DNA of 64,000 bases from Eledone cirrhosa (lineage: Eukaryota). Position numbers and translations under genes: made by a program. Location: positions 35,402,001-35,466,000 of the forward strand of contig OZ024753.1 of NCBI GenBank assembly GCA_964016885.1. The letters are read 5' to 3'. How positions within the stretch are numbered: the stretch's first letter is position 1; each line of letters begins with the position of its first letter. This document shows, piece by piece, positions 13,082 through 24,875 of the stretch. The notes below the pieces were generated by a model, which worked only from the letters and a program-made list of their open reading frames with translations, did no database searches and was not told the origin of the DNA.

Positions 13082-13112
13082 GATATGTAGAGATAGATAG
13101 ATAGACATACAT
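10428..13112 (-). CDS. ORF2 (reverse transcriptase plus zf-RVT/CCHC), N-terminally truncated, APE endonuclease missing
   Basis: Motifs KSPGLDGLPYELY, FRPITLLN, DQSKAFDRVDH, QGCPLS, YADD, CPRC..H....C. The first ~10 codons (MYVYLSISTY) come from the flanking microsatellite/TSD, so the ATG is not genuine. Confidence 0.92.
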   Translation of the reverse strand: MYVYLSISTYRISTLVKERLTGAIVNSRWWVSLKREIRVVSIEFSKVLAADRNRKERELIDRVEEAIRSGDVARVLASRTALSQFFDAKHEGCVVRSKIRALGNEGTKAVSWARVTEANSGTKSTIRSLRDLDGRAILEPKQMCEAFQRHFARLFGRGGEPVGNVDFGPYLDGLPRLSDREAKSCEEPISAAEIEDVLSQCGKRKSPGLDGLPYELYLAMPDLFPDLLEAVYCNWQQNGRIPCTVTKGVVTLVRKDENKGDEISNFRPITLLNTELQILAKVLAKRLALVVGNLVGDAQTCAIPSRSIHDNLHLMRYIIERVGNEPGFGGALINLDQSKAFDRVDHGYLDAVLAAAGFGPVFRGWITAMHSSRICSRVKVNGYLSEPFKIARSIRQGCPLSSLLYVLTLEPLLRKLELLQGIPLEPGLRKAVSAYADDVTVMVSTASEIEAVGTLLEEYEKFTGAKLNRDKSIGLQLGTWRGRPMPSDGVVGRWTEGPVKLLGVWFGPDLQVEKNWAEVTNRVFALTQKWASCKLSLKGRAEVANTYIASVIYYRLTVVPCPRETLTKMERALFQFLWKRRAPMVRRSICCQHPSKGGLGMPWLMMRKHALRLRHLYVFLTGQPVWASFVRRTFPRLVSLTELQSWVKQRPRKLGAWHTECAQALTALWQADPVISGDSTATFYRGLVRSRCDDALGEALDMEEDELASLFGRTFSPGPMDNFQKSLAWQCYRGALPVRERLYRHGRPGRDPAKKICPRCVCDEETVAHALVHCSGVADLWGYVEQLLSRVGPIRLTTESIVMIKPPPPFKDEAEAVFLCVIAMAKEVVWWTRLKGLRSGTFLSGQQLVRFFRYHFGRRIRMEREVLHPSRFYERWVKVARMARVNGPSLYIRL

Positions 13113-13140
13113 ACATACATATATATATATACATATATAT

Positions 13141-14234
13141 ATAAAATTACTCCTTCATAAGTGATTTTCATTGGTATTTCATCGCTTTAAACATCATATA
13201 CCTCTAATTGGTGCGAGCAATAGCTAAATAAAGCTAATGGGACAAATAATTGTTTCTACTTTAGGCACAAGGCCAGCAATTACCCAGTGCATTACTGGTA
13301 CTTTATTATGGCGGGGGAGTTGGCGTCCTGAGAGTGCCAGGGTGTGGGAACCGTAGTCGAGGGTGAAGCGGCCACCCGTCCCACCACGAACTACGATGGT
13401 AGGAATAAAATTCAAATCCGGTGGGGTCGGCAATCTTACTGCGGTGCGGACCCGAGCCCTTCGGACGCCATGCTTTCCAGCATAATTACGTCCCTTTATG
13501 ATCTGAGTTCAAATCCCGCCGAGGTTAACTTTATTTTATCGACCCCGTAAGGATGAAAGGCAAAGTTAATGGGACAAATAATATAGCGTGAAGCGAGCGA
13601 GACATGTAAAGCGATGAAATACCAATGATGGTTGGAAAATCACTGACGAAGGACTAATTTTATTCATAGGTAACCCATGTGCAACCACGCAGCACTCCAT
13701 TCTTCTCATATTTATATTTTTTCCTCAGCTGCGATTGTCTGTTTCTTTCTTACTGCTCCCCCCTTCTCTCTGTATCTCTCACCTTCTTTTACCCCCTCTG
13801 CCAGTCACACTCTCTCTCTCCTCTCGAATGGCCTCTTCCTCACACTTCCACTCACTCACCCTCTGCTTCTCCCCTTCTCTCACTTCCTCCCTTTTGACCT
13901 GTGTGAAATCCTTTTCTCGCTCACATCTCACCCATGTCGGATGGTCTATATATCTTTCTCGTCCATGAATTCACCAAGCTTAAGCTTAATAGATATCATG
14001 TACCTGTTTCTTCCTATCTTTCCGTGGCAATACCATCTTTGTTTGTTTACATGTCTCGCTCGCTTCACGCTATATTATTTGTCCCATTAGCTTTATTTAG
14101 CTATTGCTCGCACCGACGAGAGGTATATGATTTTTAAAGCGATGAAATACCAATGAAGGTTGGAAAATCACTGATGAAGGACTAATTTTATTCATATGTA
14201 ACCCATGTGCAACTACAGAGCACTCCATTCTTCT

Positions 14235-14237
<3 letters not shown>
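13141..14237. repeat. Local inverted plus direct duplication complex
   Basis: 13141-13250 plus 13583-13610 is the reverse complement of 14046-14191; 13607-13708 is a direct copy of 14135-14237. Confidence 0.85.
13251..13566. mobile_element. Internally rearranged SINE S1 with a 150-bp foreign insert, 16-bp TSD
   Basis: TSD TAATGGGACAAATAAT at 13235-13250 and 13567-13582; SINE pieces on the -, + and - strands. Confidence 0.85.
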
Positions 14238-14271
<34 letters not shown>

Positions 14272-14584
14272 CCCGGGTCCAATCGGGGTTAGCCACAGTA
14301 AGTAAGGTACTCAATACATAGCAGAGTATATATATATAATATAGAATTGTCTTCTACAAGACTAGAACTGTTTCATTCGGGAGAAATCACCAGGAAGCCC
14401 AAAACAGTGACATAATCGTCATCATCAACAGCATCATAACTACCATCAACATAATAGCCATCAACATCATCATCATCATCATCGCCATCATAACAACCAA
14501 CAACATCATCTTCTAGTCCTGTAGAAGCCTTTTCTATATTAAATATAAATATATATATATATATACACACACAAATGTTTACAT

Positions 14585-14622
<38 letters not shown>

Positions 14623-14852
14623 CTTACAAACATACACATATATACACTCAGACAAAAACACTAGCCCACACAGAAATCCACACCCACTCAGGTTATTTCC
14701 ATTGATATATTGAGGCTAGGAGTGCAGCCTGTGGTGTTAGGTAACACCACATTTCCGGTGTTGCACCCTACATAGGTATTGTCTTTCTATCTCATTGTTG
14801 TGATGATTTCAATATAAATAAAGAAATGTCTTTAAAAAAAAAGTTGTTATTA

Positions 14853-14891
<39 letters not shown>

Positions 14892-14953
14892 TAAAAAATA
14901 ATGAATAAAACAATGAAACAGTTCCTTATATTAAACAAAAAAAGTTCATTATT

Positions 14954-15087
14954 TAACGATCGTTTCTAGGACATATATGTGTTAGAATTGGCATGCATAT
15001 TCAACAGATCTATGTACAAAATTATACAAAATTATACAAACTATCAAATATAATATACATACCAACACATATATATGCCGTCTTCAG
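14954..15087 (-). ncRNA. Hammerhead-like motif with long stem II
   Basis: CTGAAGA, stem GGCATATATATGTGTTGG/CTAACACATATATGTCC, GAAAC, palindrome AACGATCGTT; stem I not evident. Confidence 0.45.
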
Positions 15088-15234
15088 TTTTTTAACATTT
15101 TATCTTGACTCTGTATTCCGTTTATCTTTCACCGAAAGTGATTTTTGAATGCATCTCTTCTTTCCATGATATCCGGATTACATTCAGTTCTTCATACGGA
15201 TTGGACACTACCGTAAACTTTTGGTAGATTTATC

Positions 15235-15310
<76 letters not shown>

Positions 15311-15413
15311 AAAATGCAACGGGAACAAAACAGAGAGGCAGTACAAACAAAGGTGTTTTAGTTTCACGCTCTTGGTAGGTAAGTTATTCCGGGTTGAATC
15401 GGAGGTTAGCACA

Positions 15414-15470
<57 letters not shown>

Positions 15471-15477
15471 TATATAC

Positions 15478-15516
<39 letters not shown>

Positions 15517-15570
15517 TAGAGAGAGAGTAGTGAACTAATTTTCACAGTATCTGATAAAGAATTTAAGACG

Positions 15571-15606
<36 letters not shown>

Positions 15607-15614
15607 CACACGCA

Positions 15615-15660
<46 letters not shown>

Positions 15661-15677
15661 CATACATATATATATAC

Positions 15678-15718
<41 letters not shown>

Positions 15719-15768
15719 ATATATATATATATTACACACGCATACATACATACATATATATATATATA

Positions 15769-15866
15769 CAGGGTGTCCCAAAAAGTGTATACACACTGGT
15801 GACCTGTACAGGCAATATCTATTAGAATGCCGTTGAAGTATGTATACACTTTAGGGGGACACCATT
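15769..15866. mobile_element. Tc1/mariner-type MITE in a TA run
   Basis: TIR CAGGGTGTCCCAAAAAGTGTATACA / TGTATACACTTTAGGGGGACACC; TA flanks. Confidence 0.7.
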
Positions 15867-15869
15867 TAT

Positions 15870-15928
<59 letters not shown>

Positions 15929-15933
15929 TATAC

Positions 15934-16028
<95 letters not shown>

Positions 16029-16074
16029 TAAGTATGTTTTGAAACAGTGAGCAGGTTTGAAATTAGAAAATAGA

Positions 16075-16342
16075 ATAGCTTTCACCGTATTTTTGACTAA
16101 AGGAATTTTAGCCTGATAATGGGGTTTAGAACCCTCAGATAAATGGAAAAAGATGAGTATTGACGTACATGGGAGTCGAACCCACATCTTTGGTTATCGC
16201 GACCACTGTGCTACGTGTTGGTGTAATGGTAGCACAGTGTTGGTGTAATGTACGTCAATACTCGTCTTTTTCCATTTATCTGAGGGTTCTAAACCCCATT
16301 ATCAGGCTAAAGTTCCTTTAGTAAAAAATACGGTGAAAGCTA
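16075..16342. mobile_element. Fold-back element with a split tRNA-like head
   Basis: ~95-bp inverted arms (16075-16170 / 16247-16342); the loop holds A box TGGTGTAATGG (+) and B box GGTTCGACTCC (-). Confidence 0.7.
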
Positions 16343-16536
16343 TATATATATATATATATATATATAAAGAGAGAGAGGGGGGGGGGAGAGTACATTGTAC
16401 TTTAAGAGATTCATATTGACAATAAAAACACTTGCACTGCTTATGTTTTAATTCAATTTTTGATATCAATCAGTTAGATAATTAATCAATTAATTAATCA
16501 TTTATTTATGTGATTAATTAACTTGTTCAAAAATCT

Positions 16537-16564
16537 CTTTCGTCACAACCTGTGACCTTATCAA
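16537..16564 (-). ncRNA. Decayed minimal hammerhead motif
   Basis: Minus strand TTGATAA-G-GTCAC-AGGTT-GTGAC-GAAAG: intact stem II, mutated CUGANGA core. Confidence 0.4.
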
Positions 16565-16864
16565 TGACGATGTTGTCAAATAGGAGTTATTGAAAAGTGG
16601 ATTAAAAGTTAACATTGTAAACGAAATAGTTTCAGCGGAAACTATGACTTAGCAACTAGCAGCTGTTTTATATGTCATCTTTTGGGGGACAACTGGGTAG
16701 CTTGATAAAAAGTGGGGTACAGATGTACTGTATGAGGAAAGAGTTTGGGGATTAGGGGTTTGTAGAGAAGATATGTAAGTAGAAGCAGCGCCGATTAAGG
16801 AGGGTGACACTCATTGTATTTATGAGAGGGTCCGTCAATGCTTATATATATATATATATATATA

Positions 16865-16907
<43 letters not shown>

Positions 16908-16991
16908 GCATATATATAACAATATATATATATATAAATATATATATATAAATACATATATATACATATACATATATATATATATAAATAC

Positions 16992-17028
<37 letters not shown>

Positions 17029-17228
17029 CATATATATACATATACATATACACACATATATATATACAAACATATACACACATATATATATACATATATA
17101 TATATATATACATATATATACATATATATATATATGTGTGTGTGTAGTTGAAAATGAGCAAACAATGCCCAGGAGGCAATTTACACAGTTATATTAGGTT
17201 CACGCTTGGTGGATGTGGAAGTGGGTTC

Positions 17229-17256
17229 GACGTTTCGGACAGAAGTCCTTCATCGG
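17229..17256 (-). ncRNA. Minimal hammerhead motif in a Penelope-like P1 fragment
   Basis: Minus strand CCGATGA-A-GGAC-TTCT-GTCC-GAAAC-GTC. Confidence 0.6.
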
Positions 17257-17772
17257 AAAAGTTCGGATAGAGGGGGGAGAACAGAAACTCCGAAGAGTAG
17301 TAAGGGAAGGTTAAGGAAGGAAACTATCACCACCAGTATCATCACCACCACCATCACTACCACACTAATATATTCCTGGTCAATGTAGAGAGAAAAAACC
17401 GCCAAAAAACCGCTGACACAAGCCAGCCGCCCCATGGTCGCCGAGAACAGAATAAAGAAAATGTTATTCCGGAGGATAGCGAGGGAGACGCGTTGAAATA
17501 GCCCTATACATATATGTCGAACGTGCCGCAGCTGGTTGTATTGCTATAGGCTTGTCCCTAACCCAGCAGCTGTCGTCATATATTAATGTTGTTTCTGGTG
17601 GTAAATGAAATTGTCTGTAAAATTATCAAAGCAAACTGTTTATCTCTTTAAATTTATTTCAGCTCATTTTCTCTTCTCGTTCATTTTTTATCCCATTTTC
17701 TAAAACCCTTCCTTCATCGTCCATCACGTTGCTAAGCTTTTTTCCATCCACATTTCTTTCCATATATACATA

Positions 17773-17877
<105 letters not shown>

Positions 17878-17889
17878 TAAAAGAGAAGG

Positions 17890-18885
<996 letters not shown>

Positions 18886-19914
18886 TCATTTTCTTCCGAG
18901 ACTTGTCACACAAATTCATTTGCCTCACTAAATTTCTATCGTGTCATTATTTTTTGCTATTATCATCACGCCTACTCTCGCCAGGCTAACCCCCCTCTCC
19001 ACATCCCTACATCGTTCTCTTTCTTCCTTCCAGCCCCGCCATCTTTCTTTCCGTCACTTTAATACACTTCATATTGTATTTCACAATCTCTTTTTTTTAT
19101 TTTTATTTTATTCTACTTTCGTCCTCCTCTTTTTTTATACTCATATATATTCATATTATTATCATTCAGCAAAGAATTACAGCCCTTTATGATCTGAGTT
19201 CAAATCCCGCCGAGGTTAACTTTGCCTTTCATCCTTATGGGGTCGATAAAATAAAGCACCAGTAATAACCCTGGGGTAATTGCTGGCCTTGTGCAAAAAG
19301 TAGAAACAATTATTATCATTCATATTATTTCATAAAAAGCAGACGACAAGAAAAGAAGTGAAAGTAAAAAAAAAAAAGCAAAAAAAGCACAAACACAAAA
19401 AAATAAAATAAAGGAAAACGAAAAATAAACGTTTTAATCGTGACGTCACGTTCTATGAAAGAAGTTTCTACTGGGAGTGACTTAATATTGACTCTCTTGT
19501 ATAGGTCACACCTGGTTCCATACACACAGCAAACGATCTTTCTATCTCTCTTTCTTCTAATGTAATCATAAACAATTCTTTTCTTCTACAAACTATCTGG
19601 AGGCAGGTACAAGTCCGTAGCCGTTACCACACACACAGTGAGCAGTAATAATATAAATATGTGAGGAAACTAATCTTGTTAAATGTTCAGTTGTGTAAGA
19701 AAGATAGGAGTGGACTATCTTCATTCATACCACACATTGAATGAAATGAGATCTGCTTAAAATAGCTTGCAAGCACACAAAACACATGTGCCAGATGTAG
19801 AAACAGTTGTTATTGGGGTCGATAAATTAAAGTACCAGTAACGCATTGGGGTCGACTTAATCGACTTCCCCCTCCCCCCAAATTACTGGCCTTGTGCTTC
19901 AAATCAGAAACCAT

Positions 19915-20310
19915 TGGTGGATTGGGAGTATCGGTAGAGGGTCGGACGCCATGCTTTGCAGCACAGTTACGTCCCTTTACGGACTGAGTTCAAATCCCGC
20001 CAAGGTTAACTTTGCCTTTCAACCTTACGGGGTCGATAAAATAAAGTACCAGTAATACACTGAGATAATTGCTGGCCTTGTGCCAAAAGTAGAAACAATT
20101 ATTATTATTATGAGAGGTGGAGTGGCAGTATCGGTAGAGGGTCGGACGCCATGCTTTGCAGCAAAGAGTTACGGCCCTTTATAGTCTGAGTTCAAATCCC
20201 GCCGAGGTTAACTTTGCCTTTCATCCTTACGGGGTCGATAAAATAAAGTACGAGTAATACACTGGGATAATTGCTGGCCTTGTGCCAAAAGTAGAAACAA
20301 TAATTATTAT
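19915..20310 (+). mobile_element. Two tandem tRNA-derived SINEs (family S1)
   Basis: A box TGGCAGTATCGG (one mismatch in the first copy), B box GAGTTCAAATCC, body TTTGCCTTTCATCCTTACGGGGTCGATAAAAT, (ATT)n tail. Confidence 0.9.
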
Positions 20311-20391
20311 CATGAGAGGGTCGTGGGGTCAAAGTCCTTAGACATGCCTTCCAGAGGCTCCATTTGGAAACAACCGTCGCCAAATGATCCG

Positions 20392-20596
20392 ATATTATGT
20401 ATTTTTTATTTTACTATATTTATATACAATATGTATCATTTGATATTTAATATACTATTATATCATATATATATATACAATACTATAAGTATTACTTATA
20501 GTATTGTATATATATATATATATGATATAATAGTATATTAAATATCAAATGATACATATTGTATATAAATATAGTAAAATAAAAAATACATAATAT
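20392..20596. repeat. Near-perfect ~200-bp AT-rich palindrome
   Basis: Arms 20392-20491 and 20493-20596 are reverse complements around a 1-nt centre; they differ in TA-run length. Confidence 0.9.
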
Positions 20597-20726
20597 TTAT
20601 TTATACATAGTATATGGCAGGTTCAGCTACCCCTTCCCTTCACAAATTGCTATGATAGAATTATGTGTCTCAACAACAAACTTTTGACCAATCCTTGTGA
20701 CAATCACTTTTACCATATATGGAATT

Positions 20727-20822
20727 ACCCCCTGAGAAGCTCGGCTATTCATATACCAGGATAAAAATTTTCATTTAGTCCAGAATTAGTCGTCGAAACG
20801 GCATGAGCTCAGCCGTCGGGGT
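20727..20822 (+). ncRNA. Type I hammerhead ribozyme motif of family P2
   Basis: Stem I ACCCC/GGGGT; core CTGAGAA (G8 variant); stem II CGGCTA/TAGTCG; GAAA; stem III ACGGC/GCCGT with loop containing palindrome TGAGCTCA; GTC cleavage triplet. Confidence 0.65.
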
Positions 20823-20832
20823 CCTACTCGTT

Positions 20833-20893
<61 letters not shown>

Positions 20894-20919
20894 TATATTA
20901 TATACTATATATAAATTAA

Positions 20920-21100
20920 AGCCGTGGATTGGTAGAGGCTGGGACGCTATGCTTTGGAGCATAGAGTTACGGCCCTTTATGGTCTGAGTTCAAATCCTGC
21001 AGAGGTCAACTTTGCCTTTCATCCTTACGGGGTCGATAAAATAAAGTACCAGTAATGCACTGAGATAATTGCTGGCATTGTGCCAAAAGTAGAAACAATT
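20920..21100 (+). mobile_element. SINE S1
   Basis: Matches the S1 consensus including the B box. Confidence 0.85.
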
Positions 21101-22479
21101 ATATATAAATTAACGATTTTATTTATTCTATATTATTTACAATTTGTGTATAGGCAGGTCTCTCTGAAAATAGGGGTGGGGGCAATGAGGGTATTACGTG
21201 GCCGTGAAGGGGCCGGGCGGTGGTCCCAAAAGTTTGAGAACCTCTGCTGTACATCAACGGCTGCTCTTAGTGACCTGTGAAAGTGGTTATTTATCTCAGT
21301 ACTATATTAAGAAATCAATAAAAGTTCCCTCTCCTGCAAACATCCTGACCAGACTTCCGGTTGTCTTACCGCCCACATTTCTATTGGTTGATTGAGCAAA
21401 GTCATTAGAGCATGGGAGTAAATGCTTTACGGTTTTTTGGTTTCGGTTTTCTGCACTCCGAATTTAATGTCACCAAGGTCAACTTTGCGTTTTCGTCTTT
21501 TCTAAGTTGATAAAATAAAGTAGCAGTATCGGAAGTTGAATGGAAGTTGAATTGGTTCCGGTTCACTGCGTTCTGAGTGCAAATCTCGCTGAGGTCAACT
21601 TTGCTTTCAACTTCACGAGATCAATAACTAAAATATCAGTGTGACAATGACAGAGTTGATATGTATGTATGAGTGGTCCCCCCGTAACTCCTGACTGAGT
21701 CGCAGGGGCGCCGTATTGACGACATACAGTGTTTCTTGGACATTTCAAGCCTGGCGGAGCCCATCCCTCTCCAGGCCTGAGTACAGCAGATTTCTTCCAG
21801 AGTAAGATAGAAAGTGAGAGAGAGAGGAAATGTGAAAGAGATATAGAGGAAGAATCGACACCAGTAGTAGACTGGTACTTTTATTTATCAACCTCGGCGG
21901 GATTTGAACTCAGAGTGCAGTGAGCCGGAACAAATACCACAAGGCATTCTATCCGACGTTCTAACGACTCTGCCATTTCACCGCCAGAGGTGATGTAGCG
22001 TTGGATAAAATACCTTGCGGTATTTATTCTGACTCTCTGCATTCTGAGTGCAAATCCGGCTGAGGTCAACTTCGCTGTTGTCTTCACGGGATCGATAACC
22101 AGTCAAAGTACTGGAGTTAATTCTTCGCTCTCTCTTTCTCTCAGAATTGGCAAAGCTGTGCTGTTTAAGGGTCACAGGAGACAGCTTACATCCGGGACGT
22201 AGAATAGGGAGGAAGGGTCAGCCAGTACATCGTTCCAAAGACCGGAGAACTCAGGAGGGGGATCTGCCTGTACTTATATGACGACTCCTACTCCCTAAAG
22301 AACCTCCACACCGACACAGGGCTCCCTTCCCGCTCCCCTGCCCCCCGTAATCAGTCATGTTCCGCCTTGCGAAATGTCAGTGACTGTGATGACAGAAAAG
22401 ATATCAGATACGAAGATAATTAAAAAGTGGAGTGTGGCTGGTGGTGGAACCACACTCACTACACGAGTTGGCATTTGTA

Positions 22480-22480
<1 letters not shown>

Positions 22481-22512
<32 letters not shown>

Positions 22513-23250
22513 GGTGGTGGTGGTGGTGATGGTGATGGTGGTGGTGATGGTGATGGTGGTGGTGGTGGAGGTAGTGATGATGAACGTGATGATGGTGGTA
22601 GTGGTGGTGGTGGAGGTGGTCATGATCGTGATGATGGTGGTGGTGATGGTGGTGGTGGTGGTGGTGGTGATGATGATGGTGATGATGGTGGTGGTGGTGG
22701 TGGTGATGATGATAGTGGTGGTGGTGATGCTGATGGTGGTGATGGTGATGGTGATGATGATGATCGTGATGATGGTGGTGGAGGTAGTAATGATGAACGT
22801 GATGATGGTGGTAGTGGTGGTGGTGGTGGTCGTGGTGATGGTGGTGGAGGTGGTCATGATTGCGATGATGGTGGTGGTGGTGATGATGATAGTGGTGGTG
22901 GTGATGGTGGTGGTGGTGGTGGTGGTGATGATAGTGGTGGTGGTGATGCTGATGGTGGTGATGGTGGTGGTGGTGGTGGTGGTGGTGATGATAGTGGTGG
23001 TGGTGATGCTGATGGTGGTGATGGTGGTGGTGGTGATGATCGTGATGACGTTGGTGACGATGACGTGGAGGACGAGGATGATGATGATAGTGATGATGAT
23101 GATGATGGTGGTGATGATGGTGATGGTGGTGATGATGGTGATGGTGGTGGTGGGATGATGATCGTGATGAAATTGGAGACTATGATGGGGAAGAGGAGGA
23201 GGGGACGCTGATGATGATGAGGACAACGATGATGATGATGATGATGATTA
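22481..23250. repeat. (GGT)/(GAT) trinucleotide repeat
   Basis: Directly visible low-complexity tract. Confidence 0.9.
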
Positions 23251-23439
23251 TAAATGTGTAGATTCAATTGCTAAACTTTACATGAAGAACAGAGACAGAC
23301 AGACAGACATACATCAACATCATCGACATCAACATCAACATCAACATTACACACCAATTGGTTTCTTTTACTTTCACTGACAAACTGTCTGACCCCTAAC
23401 CTCACCCCTCTCCACGACCCCCAGCCCTGCACCGCCTCT

Positions 23440-23780
23440 CTTTCTCTTCCACGACACCTCCATCTCTCTCTCACGACACCCCCTCTCTCTCTTTCTCTCC
23501 CACGACACCCCCTCTCTCTCTCTCTCACGACACCCCCTCTCTCTCTCTCTCACGACATCCCCTCTCTCTCTTTCTCTCCCACGACACCCCCTCTCTCTCT
23601 TTCTCTCCCACGACACCCCCTCTCTCTCTTTCTCTCCCACGACACCCCCTCTCTCTCTCTCTCACGACACCCCCTCTCTCTCTCTCTCACGACACCCCCT
23701 CTCTCTCTTTCTCTCCCACGACACCCCCTCTCTCTCTCACGACACCCCCTCTCTCTCTTTCTCTCCCACGACACCCCTCT
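23440..23780. repeat. Minisatellite CACGACACCCC(CT)n
   Basis: Tandem units of ~23-29 bp. Confidence 0.9.
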
Positions 23781-24141
23781 CTATCTCACAAGAAATCAAA
23801 ACAGGATTGAAGACAGCTGAAAGGTCACTGATAAAGATTTTTCATCCGTGCTGATGATTCGGAAAATACTAAAATACGGCAGCCTGCTTTAAGTAAAGTG
23901 AAGAGAGATTCTTGATAAAAATAGTTCCTTCATCTCAGACCATTACAATGACGACTTCAGTCTGGGAATATTGTAGAACTATTTCTAGAATTATTTCTAG
24001 AGCTATTTCTAGACTTTTCTGCTCTCCACAGCTAAACGTCCGGCCTTAGGCGGAAATTTTATCATAACTCCAGGTTGCATATATAAACATATATATTATA
24101 CAAACACATTCCACCATATATATATATATATATACATACAT

Positions 24142-24210
<69 letters not shown>

Positions 24211-24249
24211 CATACATACATACATACATACATACATACATACATACAT

Positions 24250-24296
<47 letters not shown>

Positions 24297-24460
24297 CATG
24301 TTTCAAAGACTAAAGTCGAGAAAAGACTTGATAAAAGTTTATATATATATTACCTAACTTCTTGTGTTCACTCTGAGGAGAAATTAATTAATAACGCTGT
24401 CATCGAGTGCTAATCTACTGCAACTTTGATTATACTCATTCCTATTATATATATATGAAC

Positions 24461-24777
24461 ATTTTGAAAGTAAGTTTATAAGTATGAATTTTCATAAGAT
24501 TTCCGAAGTTGTCTCTGTGGTCTAGCGGTAGGTACTAGAGACGGTGGAGATCCTAACCTTGGGTTCAATGCTGGTAGATAGGTACATGTAAGCTTTTTCA
24601 GGTTTTTATTTTACAACCAATAGAAAACAAAACTAAAAAGGTTTACTGGGAACTCTACTTCCGACCAGGATCGAACTTCAGACCAGAATCACCACCGTCT
24701 ATGATTCCTCCAACTAGGCCACCGAGACAGCTACAAAAGTATAATGAAAATTGATAATTATAAACCTATTTTCGAAA
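24461..24777. repeat. Diverged inverted pair of tRNA-like (Pol III promoter-like) units
   Basis: + copy: A box TGGTCTAGCGG 24518, B-like GGTTCAATGC. - copy: TGGCCTAGTTGG and AGTTCGATCC. The upstream AT-rich flanks also align. Confidence 0.55.
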
Positions 24778-24875
24778 TCAAAGTTAAAAAGATGTGGTGT
24801 CGTTCATGGCTTTCCTAGAGCTATTAGTAATATTTAGGATTGATTTCTGTTCATTATTGAATTTCGCAAAATATG

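Noticed and set aside
10745-13104. Short plus-strand and alternative-frame ORFs over the LINE
   Set aside because: Shadow ORFs of a GC-rich coding sequence
13082-13112. ATG start of the 894-aa ORF
   Set aside because: It lies outside the element, in the TSD and TATG microsatellite; the true ORF2 N-terminus (APE) is truncated
14365-14393. Hammerhead-like CTGGTGA...GAAAC on the minus strand (also CTGATGA at ~59478 and ~14170)
   Set aside because: Core mutated, or GAAA and stems not convincingly formed
16170-16250. Functional tRNA gene
   Set aside because: The cloverleaf is split across strands by an inversion and lacks U33; treated as a tRNA-derived element
22432-23267. Gly/Asp-rich 259-aa ORF
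   Set aside because: GGT/GAT trinucleotide tract open in multiple frames; no ATG start or unique domain
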